The notes beneath the pieces are model-generated. The model made no database searches and was not told the origin of the DNA. It saw only the letters and a program-made list of their open reading frames with translations. A DNA stretch of 64,000 nucleotides from an uncultured Mycobacteriaceae bacterium. Its GTDB lineage: Bacteria > Actinomycetota > Actinomycetes > Mycobacteriales > Mycobacteriaceae. The DNA lies in assembly GCA_902826815.1 (NCBI GenBank), contig CADEGF010000020.1, positions 34,969-98,968 on the forward strand, written 5' to 3'. Positions 12,071 through 21,923 of the stretch are shown in pieces. How positions within the stretch are numbered: position 1 is the first letter of the stretch; every line of letters begins with the position of its first letter. The translations under genes were made by a program, and so were the position numbers.

Positions 12071-13269
12071 GATCGCCGCTCCCAGAATGCCGGTCCGACG
12101 GGCTCGATGAAGTCGCCGTTGGCAACCAGATACCCGTCCTTGTCAATGGTGATGGGCAGCTGCGCCAGTGCGCGCGCAGCCGGGCCGAATATGGGTTTCG
12201 CGAAATGCAGCGCGTCGAACTGCGACTGGTGGCACGGGCAGAGGATGCGATAGGACTGTTGCTCGTAAAGCGAAGAGGGGCAACCCAAATGAGAGCACAC
12301 CTTGGTAAAGGCGAACAGGTCGCCGAAGTTAAAGCTCTCCTGGCCCTGCCTCTTGACCACTCGCTTCATGTCGCCTGGCTTGATGCGGATGAGCATCACC
12401 GGGTTGCGGACGCCCATCATGATCTGGTTGAGCCGATGGTGTGACTCGGTGGTGGTGCCGTCGCCGTCGGACTCCCGCCACGGGAACACGGTTTCCATCC
12501 CGCCCGCATCGAGGTCCTCGGGGCGCATCTTGACGAACGGTGCACCGTGGCCTGCGCTTCCGGTGGCGCGGGCGATGAAGATGGTCTCGCCGGTGAACCT
12601 CGGGGTCCATCCCGTTGTCCACAGCACGGCCTTCTTGCCGTCGGCGGTCTGGACCACCGGCTTCCACGGATTCTTGATCAGGCCGCCGATGAATGCGACC
12701 AGTGTGCCGGTACCGAATGCGCCGAGTCCGATGCCGAGTGACAGCCCGATCAGCTTGCGGCGCTTGATCGTCGAGCCTTCCAACGCGTCGCCGAGGTTGG
12801 CCACCACCGTCTTGCGCTGGAGTTCCGGTGAGCTACCGTCGTGCCGGTCTTGTATGGAGATCTCTTGGGGGATGAACTTCTTCTGGAAGAGCACGGCGCC
12901 GACGCCGATCGCGAGGATCGACACGCCGAACGTCAGGCCGTACAGCGGGGTGGCCAGGTCGTACCACCAGTGCCCCGGGGTGTCCCCGCCTTTGTACTCC
13001 CACGGCCAGAACAGGAAGACCAGCAGCAGTGCCAGGCCTGAAAGGCCGCCAAGCAGAAGCCAGTTCGCAACTGAGCGTTCGGCGCGCTTCTCGGCCTTGG
13101 TGCCCTGTACGGGCCAGCGGTCTTCCTTGTAGACGATCTCGACGCCGTCGAGTTTGCCGCCGAGCTCGAGCAACTCCTCGCGGGACATCGACGCCAGTTC
13201 GGCATCGGTGGGCTGCCCGGGAACACCCGCCTGACCGGGGGTGTCCATTCCCTTGACGTCGTCGGTCAC
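12067..13269 (-). CDS. qcrA: Cytochrome bcc complex, Rieske Fe-S subunit
   Basis: CSHLGC and CPCHQS Rieske motifs; start taken at the GTG overlapping the qcrC stop (approximate). Confidence 0.95.
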   Translation of the reverse strand: MTDDVKGMDTPGQAGVPGQPTDAELASMSREELLELGGKLDGVEIVYKEDRWPVQGTKAEKRAERSVANWLLLGGLSGLALLLVFLFWPWEYKGGDTPGHWWYDLATPLYGLTFGVSILAIGVGAVLFQKKFIPQEISIQDRHDGSSPELQRKTVVANLGDALEGSTIKRRKLIGLSLGIGLGAFGTGTLVAFIGGLIKNPWKPVVQTADGKKAVLWTTGWTPRFTGETIFIARATGSAGHGAPFVKMRPEDLDAGGMETVFPWRESDGDGTTTESHHRLNQIMMGVRNPVMLIRIKPGDMKRVVKRQGQESFNFGDLFAFTKVCSHLGCPSSLYEQQSYRILCPCHQSQFDALHFAKPIFGPAARALAQLPITIDKDGYLVANGDFIEPVGPAFWERRS

Positions 13270-14102
13270 GTCCGCGCTCCGATCCACAGGGCCACCCCGA
13301 CGATGGCCACAATCCCGATGATCCAGATCGCCATACCCTCCGTCGTGGGTCCGAGACCACCGAGCCCGTAACCGCCGGGATTCGGGGCTTCTGTGGACAT
13401 CCGCACGTAGGCGATGATGTCGCGCTTCTCCTGTGGAGAGAGCTGACGATCGGAGAACTTCGGCATGTTCTGCGGGCCGGTCTGCATCGCGGTGTAGATC
13501 TGCGCAGGATCGGCGCCAATCAGCTCGGGCGCGTACTTACCCGACGACAGCGCACCGCCCTTACCCGTGAAGTTGTGGCACGAAGCGCAATTCAGCCGGA
13601 ACAGGTCGCCGCCGCGAGCCACGTCGTTGCCGATCAACGACTTTCCGGCGATCTCGCCGTTCTCGTCGCGCGGTACCTCGGGGCCGCCGCCGTTGGCATG
13701 CACATAGGCGCCGATCGCATCGATCTGGGACTCGTCGAACTGCGGCGGCTTCTGCGGTGCCTGCGCTTCGCCGCGCATCGCGGGCATGCGGCCGGTCGAC
13801 ACCTGGAAGTACACGGCGGACTCGCCGACCCCGATCAGGCTCGGCCCACGATCGGCCACACCCTGCAGGTTGACACCGTGGCAGGTCACGCAGGAGGTGT
13901 CGAACAACTCCTTGCCTGTGCGAAGCATCGCCGAGGCGGATTCATCGGCGACAGCCACTTGCGGTGCCGGTGTCAGCGTGGCTGCAAGACCACCTGCGAC
14001 GCCGAGTCCGATCAGCAGCAGCACTGCCGCTGAAAGTCGCCGACGAAGCCGGCGGCGCTTCAACGTCGCCGGCCTTCCGGCTCCGCGGGCCTTCCTGGTC
14101 AT
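13266..14102 (-). CDS. qcrC: Cytochrome bcc complex, di-heme cytochrome cc subunit
   Basis: Two CxxCH motifs (CVTCH, CASCH); GAAGGGG RBS before ATG 14102. Confidence 0.95.
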   Translation of the reverse strand: MTRKARGAGRPATLKRRRLRRRLSAAVLLLIGLGVAGGLAATLTPAPQVAVADESASAMLRTGKELFDTSCVTCHGVNLQGVADRGPSLIGVGESAVYFQVSTGRMPAMRGEAQAPQKPPQFDESQIDAIGAYVHANGGGPEVPRDENGEIAGKSLIGNDVARGGDLFRLNCASCHNFTGKGGALSSGKYAPELIGADPAQIYTAMQTGPQNMPKFSDRQLSPQEKRDIIAYVRMSTEAPNPGGYGLGGLGPTTEGMAIWIIGIVAIVGVALWIGART

Positions 14103-14125
14103 CGAACCCCTTCTCATCGGCGCTG

Positions 14126-14764
<639 letters not shown>

Positions 14765-14804
14765 TCAACTCCACCCGGGTGGAGCAATTCGTCATAATCT
14801 GGCG

Positions 14805-15866
14805 GTGACTTCTTCGCGCAGTGAGCCGACATGGCCGCTGATACTGGGCCGACTGACCACCCAAAAGCCGCTCGAAGTGGGCCAGGCGGGCTGGGCGATG
14901 GACCAGATCATGACCGGAGTCGCCACGCCGGCACAGATCGCGGCGTTCGGCGTGTCGATGAAGATGAAGCGGCCGACATCGGCGGAGGTCACCGAGTTGG
15001 CGGCCACGATGCTCTCCTACGCCCTTAAGGTGCCGACCGATGAGATCGGCAACGACACCGTCGACGTGGTCGGCACCGGCGGCGACGGCGCCAACACGGT
15101 GAACCTGTCCACGATGGCGGCGATCGTCGTCGCCGCTGCAGGCGTGCCGGTGGTCAAGCACGGCAACCGGGCCGCGTCGTCGCGCAGCGGTGGCGCCGAT
15201 ACCCTCGAAGCCCTCGGGGTGCGCATCGACCTCGGGCCCGAGGAAGTCGCCCGCAGCGTGGCAGAGGTCGGAATCGGCTTCTGCTTTGCGCAGAAGTTCC
15301 ATCCGTCGTACAAGCACGCGGGTGCCGCCCGGCGTGAGATCGGCGTGCCAACGGTGTTCAATCTGCTTGGGCCGCTGACGAATCCGGGTTCGCCGCGCGC
15401 CGGCCTTGTCGGCTGTGCGTGGGCCGACCTGGCCGAGGTGATGGCCGGAGTGTTCGCCACCCGCCGGTGCAGCGTGCTCGTCGTGCACGGTGACGACGGA
15501 CTCGACGAGCTCACCACCACCACGACGAGCACCATCTGGCGGGTGCAGTCGGGCACCGTCGAGAAGCTGACGTTCGATCCGGCCGGATTCGGGTTCGCGC
15601 GCGCCGACATCGCCGAGCTGGTTGGCGGCGATGCCGAGACGAATGCGGCAGAGGCGCGTGCGGTGTTCGCAGGCGCGACGGGCCCCGTCCGCGACGCGGT
15701 GGTCCTCAATGCGGCGGGCGCGATGGTGGCCCATGCGGGACTATCCAGCGGCGCCGAATGGCTGTCGGCGTGGGAGTCGGGCCTCGACCGGGCGGCCACT
15801 GCGATCGACTCCGGGGCGGCCGAACAGCTGCTCGCGCGTTGGGTGCGGTTCACTCAGCAGGTTTGA
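14805..15866 (+). CDS. trpD: Anthranilate phosphoribosyltransferase
   Basis: [35 protein letters not shown] motifs. Confidence 0.96.
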   Translation: MTSSRSEPTWPLILGRLTTQKPLEVGQAGWAMDQIMTGVATPAQIAAFGVSMKMKRPTSAEVTELAATMLSYALKVPTDEIGNDTVDVVGTGGDGANTVNLSTMAAIVVAAAGVPVVKHGNRAASSRSGGADTLEALGVRIDLGPEEVARSVAEVGIGFCFAQKFHPSYKHAGAARREIGVPTVFNLLGPLTNPGSPRAGLVGCAWADLAEVMAGVFATRRCSVLVVHGDDGLDELTTTTTSTIWRVQSGTVEKLTFDPAGFGFARADIAELVGGDAETNAAEARAVFAGATGPVRDAVVLNAAGAMVAHAGLSSGAEWLSAWESGLDRAATAIDSGAAEQLLARWVRFTQQV

Positions 15867-17591
15867 CGAGTCGAGCGTTTGCGCGGCGGCCAGCCGCGCC
15901 GAGCGTGCCGATGCGGCCCATGACGCCCATCGTCCCGCGCATCCAACCGGTGACGCCCATCCTGGCTCGGCCCGAACGACGCGCACACCTGGCTGGCCGA
16001 GCCAGCGCATGATCAATGCCACCTCTTCGACCAGCGCACCGCCCAACGGGGCCGGGTCGGGCAGAATCGCTTGTGCCGCAGCGCTTATCGCGTCGACCAC
16101 AGGCATCGGCGGTACGCCTCGCTGCGCGTTGCCCGCCGCCGCGAGCTGGCCGCAGCGGATCACCGCAAGGTGCCAGCCGCCGCTGCCGTCGGGGCGCGCC
16201 GCGACGAGTTCGGTGACTGCCGCCAACGCACGCAGCCGCTGACCGCGCCACAGCACGTCGATCCCGGCGGCGGCGTGATCGCGCAGCCGGGCGGCGCTCT
16301 CGTAGCGCTTGCACCCGGCGAGCTCGTCGATGTGAGCAACCACCGCCGACAGCGCGGCGTCCTCGACGCCGTCGATCAATGCCGCCGCCCGCCGCGGCGC
16401 CTCCGCGTACCCGGCGGCGAAAATCTCCCGCGGTGCAGGACATGGCGAGAGCTCACGCTCGGGGCAGCCGGGGCCGTGTCGGCCGGACCTGGCGATTCTG
16501 GTGGTACAGGTGCGCAAGCCGGTGAACCGCGCCAGCAGATCGGCGGTCTCGGCCGCGTCGGCGCGCACCCGGAACGGGCCGACGGCACTGTCGGATTTCG
16601 GCGTGCGCACGATCGACAGCCGCGGAAACGCCTCCTCGGTCAGCACGATCCACCACCACCGCTGCGGGAATTTCGACCGGCGGTTGTACGGCGGTGCGTG
16701 GGCTGCCAGCAGTCGCAGTTCACGTACGCCCGCCTCGAGGTCGTGCGCGCACTCGACGTGGTCCAGCGCGGTGGCCAGGGCGACCATCTCCTTGATCCGC
16801 GGCCGCGAATCGGAGCCGTTGAAGTACTGGCCTGCCCGTCTGCGCAGATCAACCGCCGTGCCGACATAGAGCACCTCGTCGGCGGGACCGCGGAACAGGT
16901 AGACGCCGGGCCGGTGCGGTAGGTTCGCGGCAAGCGTCCGCTTTCGGCGTTGTTCTGGCGACACGTCGGGCAGGTAGGCGCGCAGATCGGGGTAGGTGTG
17001 CACGCCCCGGTTGCCGACCCGCTCGATGAGCCCGTGCAGCACGTCGACGGTGGCCCGCGCATCGTCGAGGGCCCGGTGGGTCGGTGTGGTGGCGGCACAG
17101 AACAACCGGGCCAGCGCCGAGAGCTTCACGCTGGGGGCTTCGTCGCGGGTGAGCACGCGCCGGGCCAGCCGGACGGTGCACAACACCGGCGGACGCGGCC
17201 ACACGATCTGGCAGCGCTCCGCGGCGGCGCGCAGAAATCCGATGTCGAATCCCGCGTTGTGCGCGACGAGCACTGCGCCGCGCGCGAATTCGAGAAACGC
17301 GGGCAGCACCGAATCGATGGTCGGCGCGTCGCGGACCATCGCCGACGTGATGCCGGTGAGTTCGACGATCTGCGGTGGAATGCTGCGGCCGGGGTCGACC
17401 AACGTGGCCAGCTCGCCGAGTACCTCACCGCCGCGGACCTTCACCGCGCCGATCTCGGTGATGGCGTCGACGTTGTCGCCGTCGCCGCTCGCGCGCCCAC
17501 CGGTGGTCTCGAGGTCGACGACGACGAAGGTGGTGTCCCTCAGCGAGACGTCAGAGAACGGATCCACGTCGGCGAAGCTGAGCTGCCCCAT
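15741..17591 (-). CDS. DEDDh exonuclease fused to a GIY-YIG/UvrC-like domain (Rv2191 orthologue)
   Basis: [23 protein letters not shown] exonuclease motifs; PGVYLFRG...LYVG GIY-YIG-like motif. Confidence 0.93.
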   Translation of the reverse strand: MGQLSFADVDPFSDVSLRDTTFVVVDLETTGGRASGDGDNVDAITEIGAVKVRGGEVLGELATLVDPGRSIPPQIVELTGITSAMVRDAPTIDSVLPAFLEFARGAVLVAHNAGFDIGFLRAAAERCQIVWPRPPVLCTVRLARRVLTRDEAPSVKLSALARLFCAATTPTHRALDDARATVDVLHGLIERVGNRGVHTYPDLRAYLPDVSPEQRRKRTLAANLPHRPGVYLFRGPADEVLYVGTAVDLRRRAGQYFNGSDSRPRIKEMVALATALDHVECAHDLEAGVRELRLLAAHAPPYNRRSKFPQRWWWIVLTEEAFPRLSIVRTPKSDSAVGPFRVRADAAETADLLARFTGLRTCTTRIARSGRHGPGCPERELSPCPAPREIFAAGYAEAPRRAAALIDGVEDAALSAVVAHIDELAGCKRYESAARLRDHAAAGIDVLWRGQRLRALAAVTELVAARPDGSGGWHLAVIRCGQLAAAGNAQRGVPPMPVVDAISAAAQAILPDPAPLGGALVEEVALIMRWLGQPGVRVVRAEPGWASPVGCAGRWASWAASARSARLAAAQTLDSSNLLSEPHPTREQLFGRPGVDRSGRPVEARLPRRQPFGAAG

Positions 17592-17597
17592 GGCCTG

Positions 17598-17619
17598 AAG
17601 GTAGGCAGTGGCACCGACA
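17598..17619 (-). promoter_or_regulatory. PafBC/RecA-NDp-type DNA-damage promoter for the nuclease gene (leaderless)
   Basis: Minus strand reads TGTCGGTG-N8-TACCTT, then 6 nt, then ATG. Confidence 0.85.
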
Positions 17620-17642
17620 GCGTGACGTTGCCGCGCGGGGGA

Positions 17643-17664
17643 TGTCGGTGGTGGCCGTTACCGT
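17643..17664 (+). promoter_or_regulatory. PafBC/RecA-NDp-type DNA-damage promoter for the small Cys-rich ORF
   Basis: Plus strand reads TGTCGGTG-N8-TACCGT, followed by AGAGGA RBS and ATG 17694. Confidence 0.8.
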
Positions 17665-17693
17665 GCGACTAACTCGATCGAGAGGACGATCAG

Positions 17694-17918
17694 ATGGACG
17701 AGACCAGCGATACCGGTGCGGTCACCATCGACTGCGATGACTGCGCGGTCCGTGGCCCCGGCTGCAAGGACTGCGTCGTGAGCGTTTTGCTGGGGGTGCC
17801 GGACACCCTGCTGGAGGACGAACGCGCGGCGCTGGAGGTTCTCGCGGAGGCCGGGATGGCACCGCGGCTGCGGCTGGTGCCGATTCATCGGAAGGGCGAT
17901 TCGGGAGTCGTCGCCTAG
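17694..17918 (+). CDS. 74-aa protein with CDDC and CKDC motifs, function unknown
   Basis: Good RBS; two CxxC motifs; resembles a small conserved actinobacterial ORF upstream of ripC (from recall). Confidence 0.8.
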   Translation: MDETSDTGAVTIDCDDCAVRGPGCKDCVVSVLLGVPDTLLEDERAALEVLAEAGMAPRLRLVPIHRKGDSGVVA

Positions 17919-18072
17919 CGACACGCCTGGCAACGGATCGTGTCCGAAAAACTCTGAGAGGCTGTTAAATTTGCGTCTCTTGTTTGGACAAGGCTGATGC
18001 CGTTTCGTAACCTGTCTGAGACCTAGGACAGTTCGGGGCGACTCGCCTAACGGCAGTTTGAGGACACAAATC

Positions 18073-19197
18073 TTGACGCTCGACCGTACGCAGCGGACCA
18101 CGCGCGGAGTTAAGCGACCGTTCATACTCGCAATTTCAGGTTTGACGCTATTTGCCGGAATCCTTGCAGGCAATGTGCAGGCCGACCCGGCCGATGACGC
18201 GCTCGCAAAGCTCAACGAGCTGTCCCGACAGGCCGAGCGGACCACAGAGTCGATGCATTCGGCGCAGCTAGACCTGAACAACAAGCTGACCGCACAGCAC
18301 GAAGCCGAGGCGAAGCAGGTCGCCGATCAGGCCGCTGTCGACACGGCGAAATCGCAACTGGCAACGTTCCAGGCGGCAGTAGACAAGTTTGCTGCGGCCC
18401 AGTACATGGGTGGCAGGACCAACGGCATGGACGCGATGCTGACCGCCGACTCGCCGCAGCGCCTGATCGACCAGCTTTCCGTTCAGCGGGTGATGGCATC
18501 CGAGATGTCGGCGCAAATGAACAGCTACCGAACCATCAGCGATCAGGCAGCCAAGGCGCAGGAGGTGTCGGCGAAGTCCGCGGCCGAGGCCAAAACCGCC
18601 GCTGAGCAGGCCGCCGCGGTGCGCGCGGACCTGCAATCCAAGCAAAGCCGGCTGCAAGTTCAGATGGCTGTCGTCAAATCACAGTTCGAGACTCTGACGC
18701 CTCGCCAGCGGGAAGCGCTCGCGGCCGTGCCGCCCGCGCCTCCGCCGCCCGCCGCATTGCCGCCGACTCCCGACGACCCGGCCATCGTCGCCGCTCCGCC
18801 CGAAGCAATCCCGCCGGGTGACGTCGCCCCGCCGGAGGCCGCCATCGCGGGCGGCGAGGGCACCATGGCAGTGCAGGCCGCGCTCACCAGGATCGGCTCG
18901 CCCTACTCGTGGGGTGGTTCTGGACCCAACGCGTTCGACTGCTCAGGACTCGTGATGTGGGCCTTCCAGCAGGCGGGTGTCTCGCTTCCGCACTCCAGCC
19001 AAGCGCTGGCCCGGGGCGGCCAGCCGGTGGACATGTCGCAGATCCAGCCCGGTGACGTCGTCAACTACTACTCGGACGCGTCGCATACGGCGATCTACAT
19101 CGGCGACGGAATGATGGTGCACGCGTCCACCTACGGCACGCCGGTGAGAGTGGCGCCGGTGAACAATGCGCCGATCTACAACATCCGCCGGTACTGA
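18073..19197 (+). CDS. ripC: NlpC/P60 peptidoglycan endopeptidase with coiled-coil N-terminus (Rv2190c orthologue)
   Basis: Signal peptide, ADPADDALAKLNELSRQAE coiled coil, YSWGG...FDCSGL...SHTAIY catalytic domain; TTG start after GAGGA RBS. Confidence 0.92.
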   Translation: MTLDRTQRTTRGVKRPFILAISGLTLFAGILAGNVQADPADDALAKLNELSRQAERTTESMHSAQLDLNNKLTAQHEAEAKQVADQAAVDTAKSQLATFQAAVDKFAAAQYMGGRTNGMDAMLTADSPQRLIDQLSVQRVMASEMSAQMNSYRTISDQAAKAQEVSAKSAAEAKTAAEQAAAVRADLQSKQSRLQVQMAVVKSQFETLTPRQREALAAVPPAPPPPAALPPTPDDPAIVAAPPEAIPPGDVAPPEAAIAGGEGTMAVQAALTRIGSPYSWGGSGPNAFDCSGLVMWAFQQAGVSLPHSSQALARGGQPVDMSQIQPGDVVNYYSDASHTAIYIGDGMMVHASTYGTPVRVAPVNNAPIYNIRRY

Positions 19198-20002
19198 ACG
19201 ACGACTGCTGGGCCTGCTGCTGCTCATCGAGCTGATCGTGGCGGTGACGCTCGTCGGCAGACCGGCCGCGTCTCCTGGAATCCCGGCCCCCGCTTCGACG
19301 CCCGCCGCAACTGCCGTGGCGTCACGTACCGAGACGGCGTCTGATGGCCGCACGGTAGAGCTGATCAACCTGGGCGGCCCGCAGACACAGCCGCTGCTGG
19401 ACCGGGTGTCCGGCGCCATGGACGACGCGACCGGGGCGGTGACGGCATTCTGGGGCGCCGACTGGCCGCGCGACATCGTCGTCGTCGCAACCGGATCGGA
19501 CGAGCAGTTTCGCGCGCTGGCCGGTGGCGGATCCGACATCGCCGCCGCGACCGTGGGCGAGCGCATCGTGTTCGCTCCAGGCGCCGCAGGCATGAGCGAT
19601 TCGGCACTGCGAATCGTCTTGCGCCACGAGCTTTTCCATTACGCGGTCCGAGCCAAGACTGCAGCGGACGCCCCGAGGTGGATGACCGAAGGCGTCGCTG
19701 ATTTCGTCGCACGACCGGACGCGCCGCGGCCGGGTCCCGAGCGGTCGGCCGAGATCGCGCAACTTCCGACCGACGCCGACCTGGACACCGTTGGCGCGAC
19801 CCGCACCCTCGCCTACGACCGTGCCTGGTGGTTCGCCCGCTTCGTCGCCGACCGATACGGGACGCAGACCCTGCGGAAGCTCTACGAGCGGGCGTGCGGC
19901 CATGGCCACGTGGGCGTCGAAACTGCCGTCGCCGAGACGCTCGGCACCGACCTCGACGAGGTGCTGGTGCAGTGGCGACGCTGGCTTTCTCGGATAGCCT
20001 GA
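19166..20002 (+). CDS. Exported zinc-metallopeptidase-like protein (Rv2189c orthologue)
   Basis: N-terminal TM/signal, HELFH motif, downstream EG (WMTEGVA); start uncertain. Confidence 0.8.
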   Translation: MRRSTTSAGTERRLLGLLLLIELIVAVTLVGRPAASPGIPAPASTPAATAVASRTETASDGRTVELINLGGPQTQPLLDRVSGAMDDATGAVTAFWGADWPRDIVVVATGSDEQFRALAGGGSDIAAATVGERIVFAPGAAGMSDSALRIVLRHELFHYAVRAKTAADAPRWMTEGVADFVARPDAPRPGPERSAEIAQLPTDADLDTVGATRTLAYDRAWWFARFVADRYGTQTLRKLYERACGHGHVGVETAVAETLGTDLDEVLVQWRRWLSRIA

Positions 20003-20007
20003 CCGCG

Positions 20008-21156
20008 ATGACCCGGGTTCTGCTGGTTACCAACGACTTTCCGCCTCGTCGCGGCGGTATCCAGTCGTACCTGCATGAGCTCGTCGGCCAACTGCTGCAA
20101 TCCGGCGGCGACTACACACTGACCGTGTATGCGCCGAAATGGAAGGGCTGCGAGGAGTTCGACGAGGCCGCACGGGCATCCGGCTACCAGGTGGTGCGCC
20201 ATCCGAGCACGCTGATGCTGCCCGGTCCAGGCGTCGACGACAGGATGCGGCGGCTGATCACCGACTACGACATCGAGACGGTCTGGTTCGGTGCGGCGGC
20301 GCCGTTGGCGCTACTTGCGCCCCGTGCGCGCAGCGCGGGTGCCAACCGCGTCGTCGCCAGCACGCACGGCCACGAGGTCGGCTGGTCGATGCTGCCGGTG
20401 GCCCGCAACGCATTACGCCGAATCGGCGACGGAACCGACGTGGTGACCTATGTCAGCAGCTATACCAGGGGCCGATTCGCATCGGCGTTCGGCCCGCACG
20501 CCGCGCTTGAGTACGTTCCGCCGGGGGTGGACACCGACCGGTTCGCACCGGATCCGGCCGCCCGCGCCGAGATGCGGTCGCGCTACGGGCTCGGCGATCG
20601 CCCCCTGATCGTCTGCCTGTCCCGGTTGGTTCCCCGTAAGGGCCAGGACATGCTCATCCGCGCACTGCCCGCCATCCGCGAGCGCGCCGACGGTGCCACT
20701 CTGGTGATCGTCGGCGGCGGTCCGTACATGGACACGCTGCGCCGGCTCGCGGGGGACACCGGCGTGACCGAGCATGTGGTCTTCACCGGCGGCGTGCCCG
20801 GCGCCGAACTACCCGCCCACCACGCGATGGCCGACGTCTTCGCGATGCCGTGTCGGACCCGCGGAGCCGGCCTCGACGTCGAAGGCCTCGGCATCGTGTT
20901 CCTGGAAGCATCGTCGACCGGGGTGCCCGTCGTCGCGGGCGACTCCGGCGGGGCGCCGGAGACCGTGCTCGACGGCGAAACCGGAACGATCGTCGACGGC
21001 ACCGACGTCGGCCAAATCGCAACGGCGATAACCGAAATACTCGCCGATCCCGATCGGGCAGCCCGGATGGGAGCGGCGGGCAGGCGCTGGGCCGTCGACA
21101 ACTGGCAGTGGCGCAGACAGGCGCAGCGGCTGGCCGGGCTCCTCACGAAAACGTGA
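20008..21156 (+). CDS. pimB: GT4 phosphatidylinositol mannoside mannosyltransferase PimB'
   Basis: VTNDFPPRRGGIQSY, RLVPRKGQD, EGLGIVFLEA motifs; synteny with Rv2188c. Confidence 0.92.
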   Translation: MTRVLLVTNDFPPRRGGIQSYLHELVGQLLQSGGDYTLTVYAPKWKGCEEFDEAARASGYQVVRHPSTLMLPGPGVDDRMRRLITDYDIETVWFGAAAPLALLAPRARSAGANRVVASTHGHEVGWSMLPVARNALRRIGDGTDVVTYVSSYTRGRFASAFGPHAALEYVPPGVDTDRFAPDPAARAEMRSRYGLGDRPLIVCLSRLVPRKGQDMLIRALPAIRERADGATLVIVGGGPYMDTLRRLAGDTGVTEHVVFTGGVPGAELPAHHAMADVFAMPCRTRGAGLDVEGLGIVFLEASSTGVPVVAGDSGGAPETVLDGETGTIVDGTDVGQIATAITEILADPDRAARMGAAGRRWAVDNWQWRRQAQRLAGLLTKT

Positions 21157-21868
21157 GAAAGCCCTTGCTGTAGACCCAGGCGGTACCGTTGGGCAGTCCT
21201 TCGAAGCCGCCGAGTTCGATGCCGCCGACACGACACCAGTCGTTATGGCACGGCTCCATCAGTGGATGTTGTTCGCCGACGTAGAGGGTGCCGATCTTCT
21301 TTCCGTTGCCGTCGGGCTTGTCGTAGATGTCGGTGTCCTGGATGACGGTGGCCCAGCCGGAAGGCGTTACTCCGCCGGGGGGCCCCGCAACCGAAGGATC
21401 GATGCACTTGACCTCGCCCTGCCAGTGCCATTTGTCGGTCATCCCCATGGTTTGCGCGCTCGCCAGCTGACCCCCGACATCGGTCTCGCTGTTGACCTGG
21501 CCATAGAACGTGTCGACCTCGCCAGTGATGGGTCCGGCGTCGTCCCAGGTGACAGTGAACTGGACCTTACGACCGTCGATTCCGCCCCTGATTGTGCCGT
21601 TCATGGGCGTACCCGCGGGGATACTCAGGTCGGGGCGGTTGGGCGCGGTGAAGCCGTCCCGGGTGTTGACGGCGCCCGATTTTCCGTCGGGACCCCACCC
21701 CGTGAAGAGGTCAGGGCCGTTGTCCTCGATGATTGTGCCCATCCCAGAGAATTGGTAGCTCTCGCAGGCGGCGCGCGCGAGCGGGACCATCGGATCGGCC
21801 GCGGTAACGGTCCCGGCCAAAAACGTCGCGGCGGTCAGCGTGGCCGCGGCGGCGAATCGAGTTTTCAT
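21143..21868 (-). CDS. Secreted protein: Cys-bracketed beta domain plus C-terminal SH3b-like domain
   Basis: Ala-rich signal peptide; C-terminal ATVIQDTDIYDKPDGNGKKIGTL...WCRV...WV resembles bacterial SH3; leaderless promoter TAGCGT-N6-ATG. Confidence 0.8.
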   Translation of the reverse strand: MKTRFAAAATLTAATFLAGTVTAADPMVPLARAACESYQFSGMGTIIEDNGPDLFTGWGPDGKSGAVNTRDGFTAPNRPDLSIPAGTPMNGTIRGGIDGRKVQFTVTWDDAGPITGEVDTFYGQVNSETDVGGQLASAQTMGMTDKWHWQGEVKCIDPSVAGPPGGVTPSGWATVIQDTDIYDKPDGNGKKIGTLYVGEQHPLMEPCHNDWCRVGGIELGGFEGLPNGTAWVYSKGFLTFS

Positions 21869-21923
21869 GGGCTCACGCTAGGCGCGCATGCAGTCCCGAT
21901 AAATCGGGTGTTTCCCTACCTTT

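Noticed and set aside
17919-18072. Possible c-di-AMP (ydaO) riboswitch upstream of the NlpC/P60 gene
   Set aside because: The conserved ydaO sequence blocks and multi-stem layout could not be found, and the region is short.
17658-18284. 208-aa minus-strand ORF spanning the small Cys-rich ORF and the ripC start
   Set aside because: It overlaps two better-supported plus-strand genes and has no motifs.
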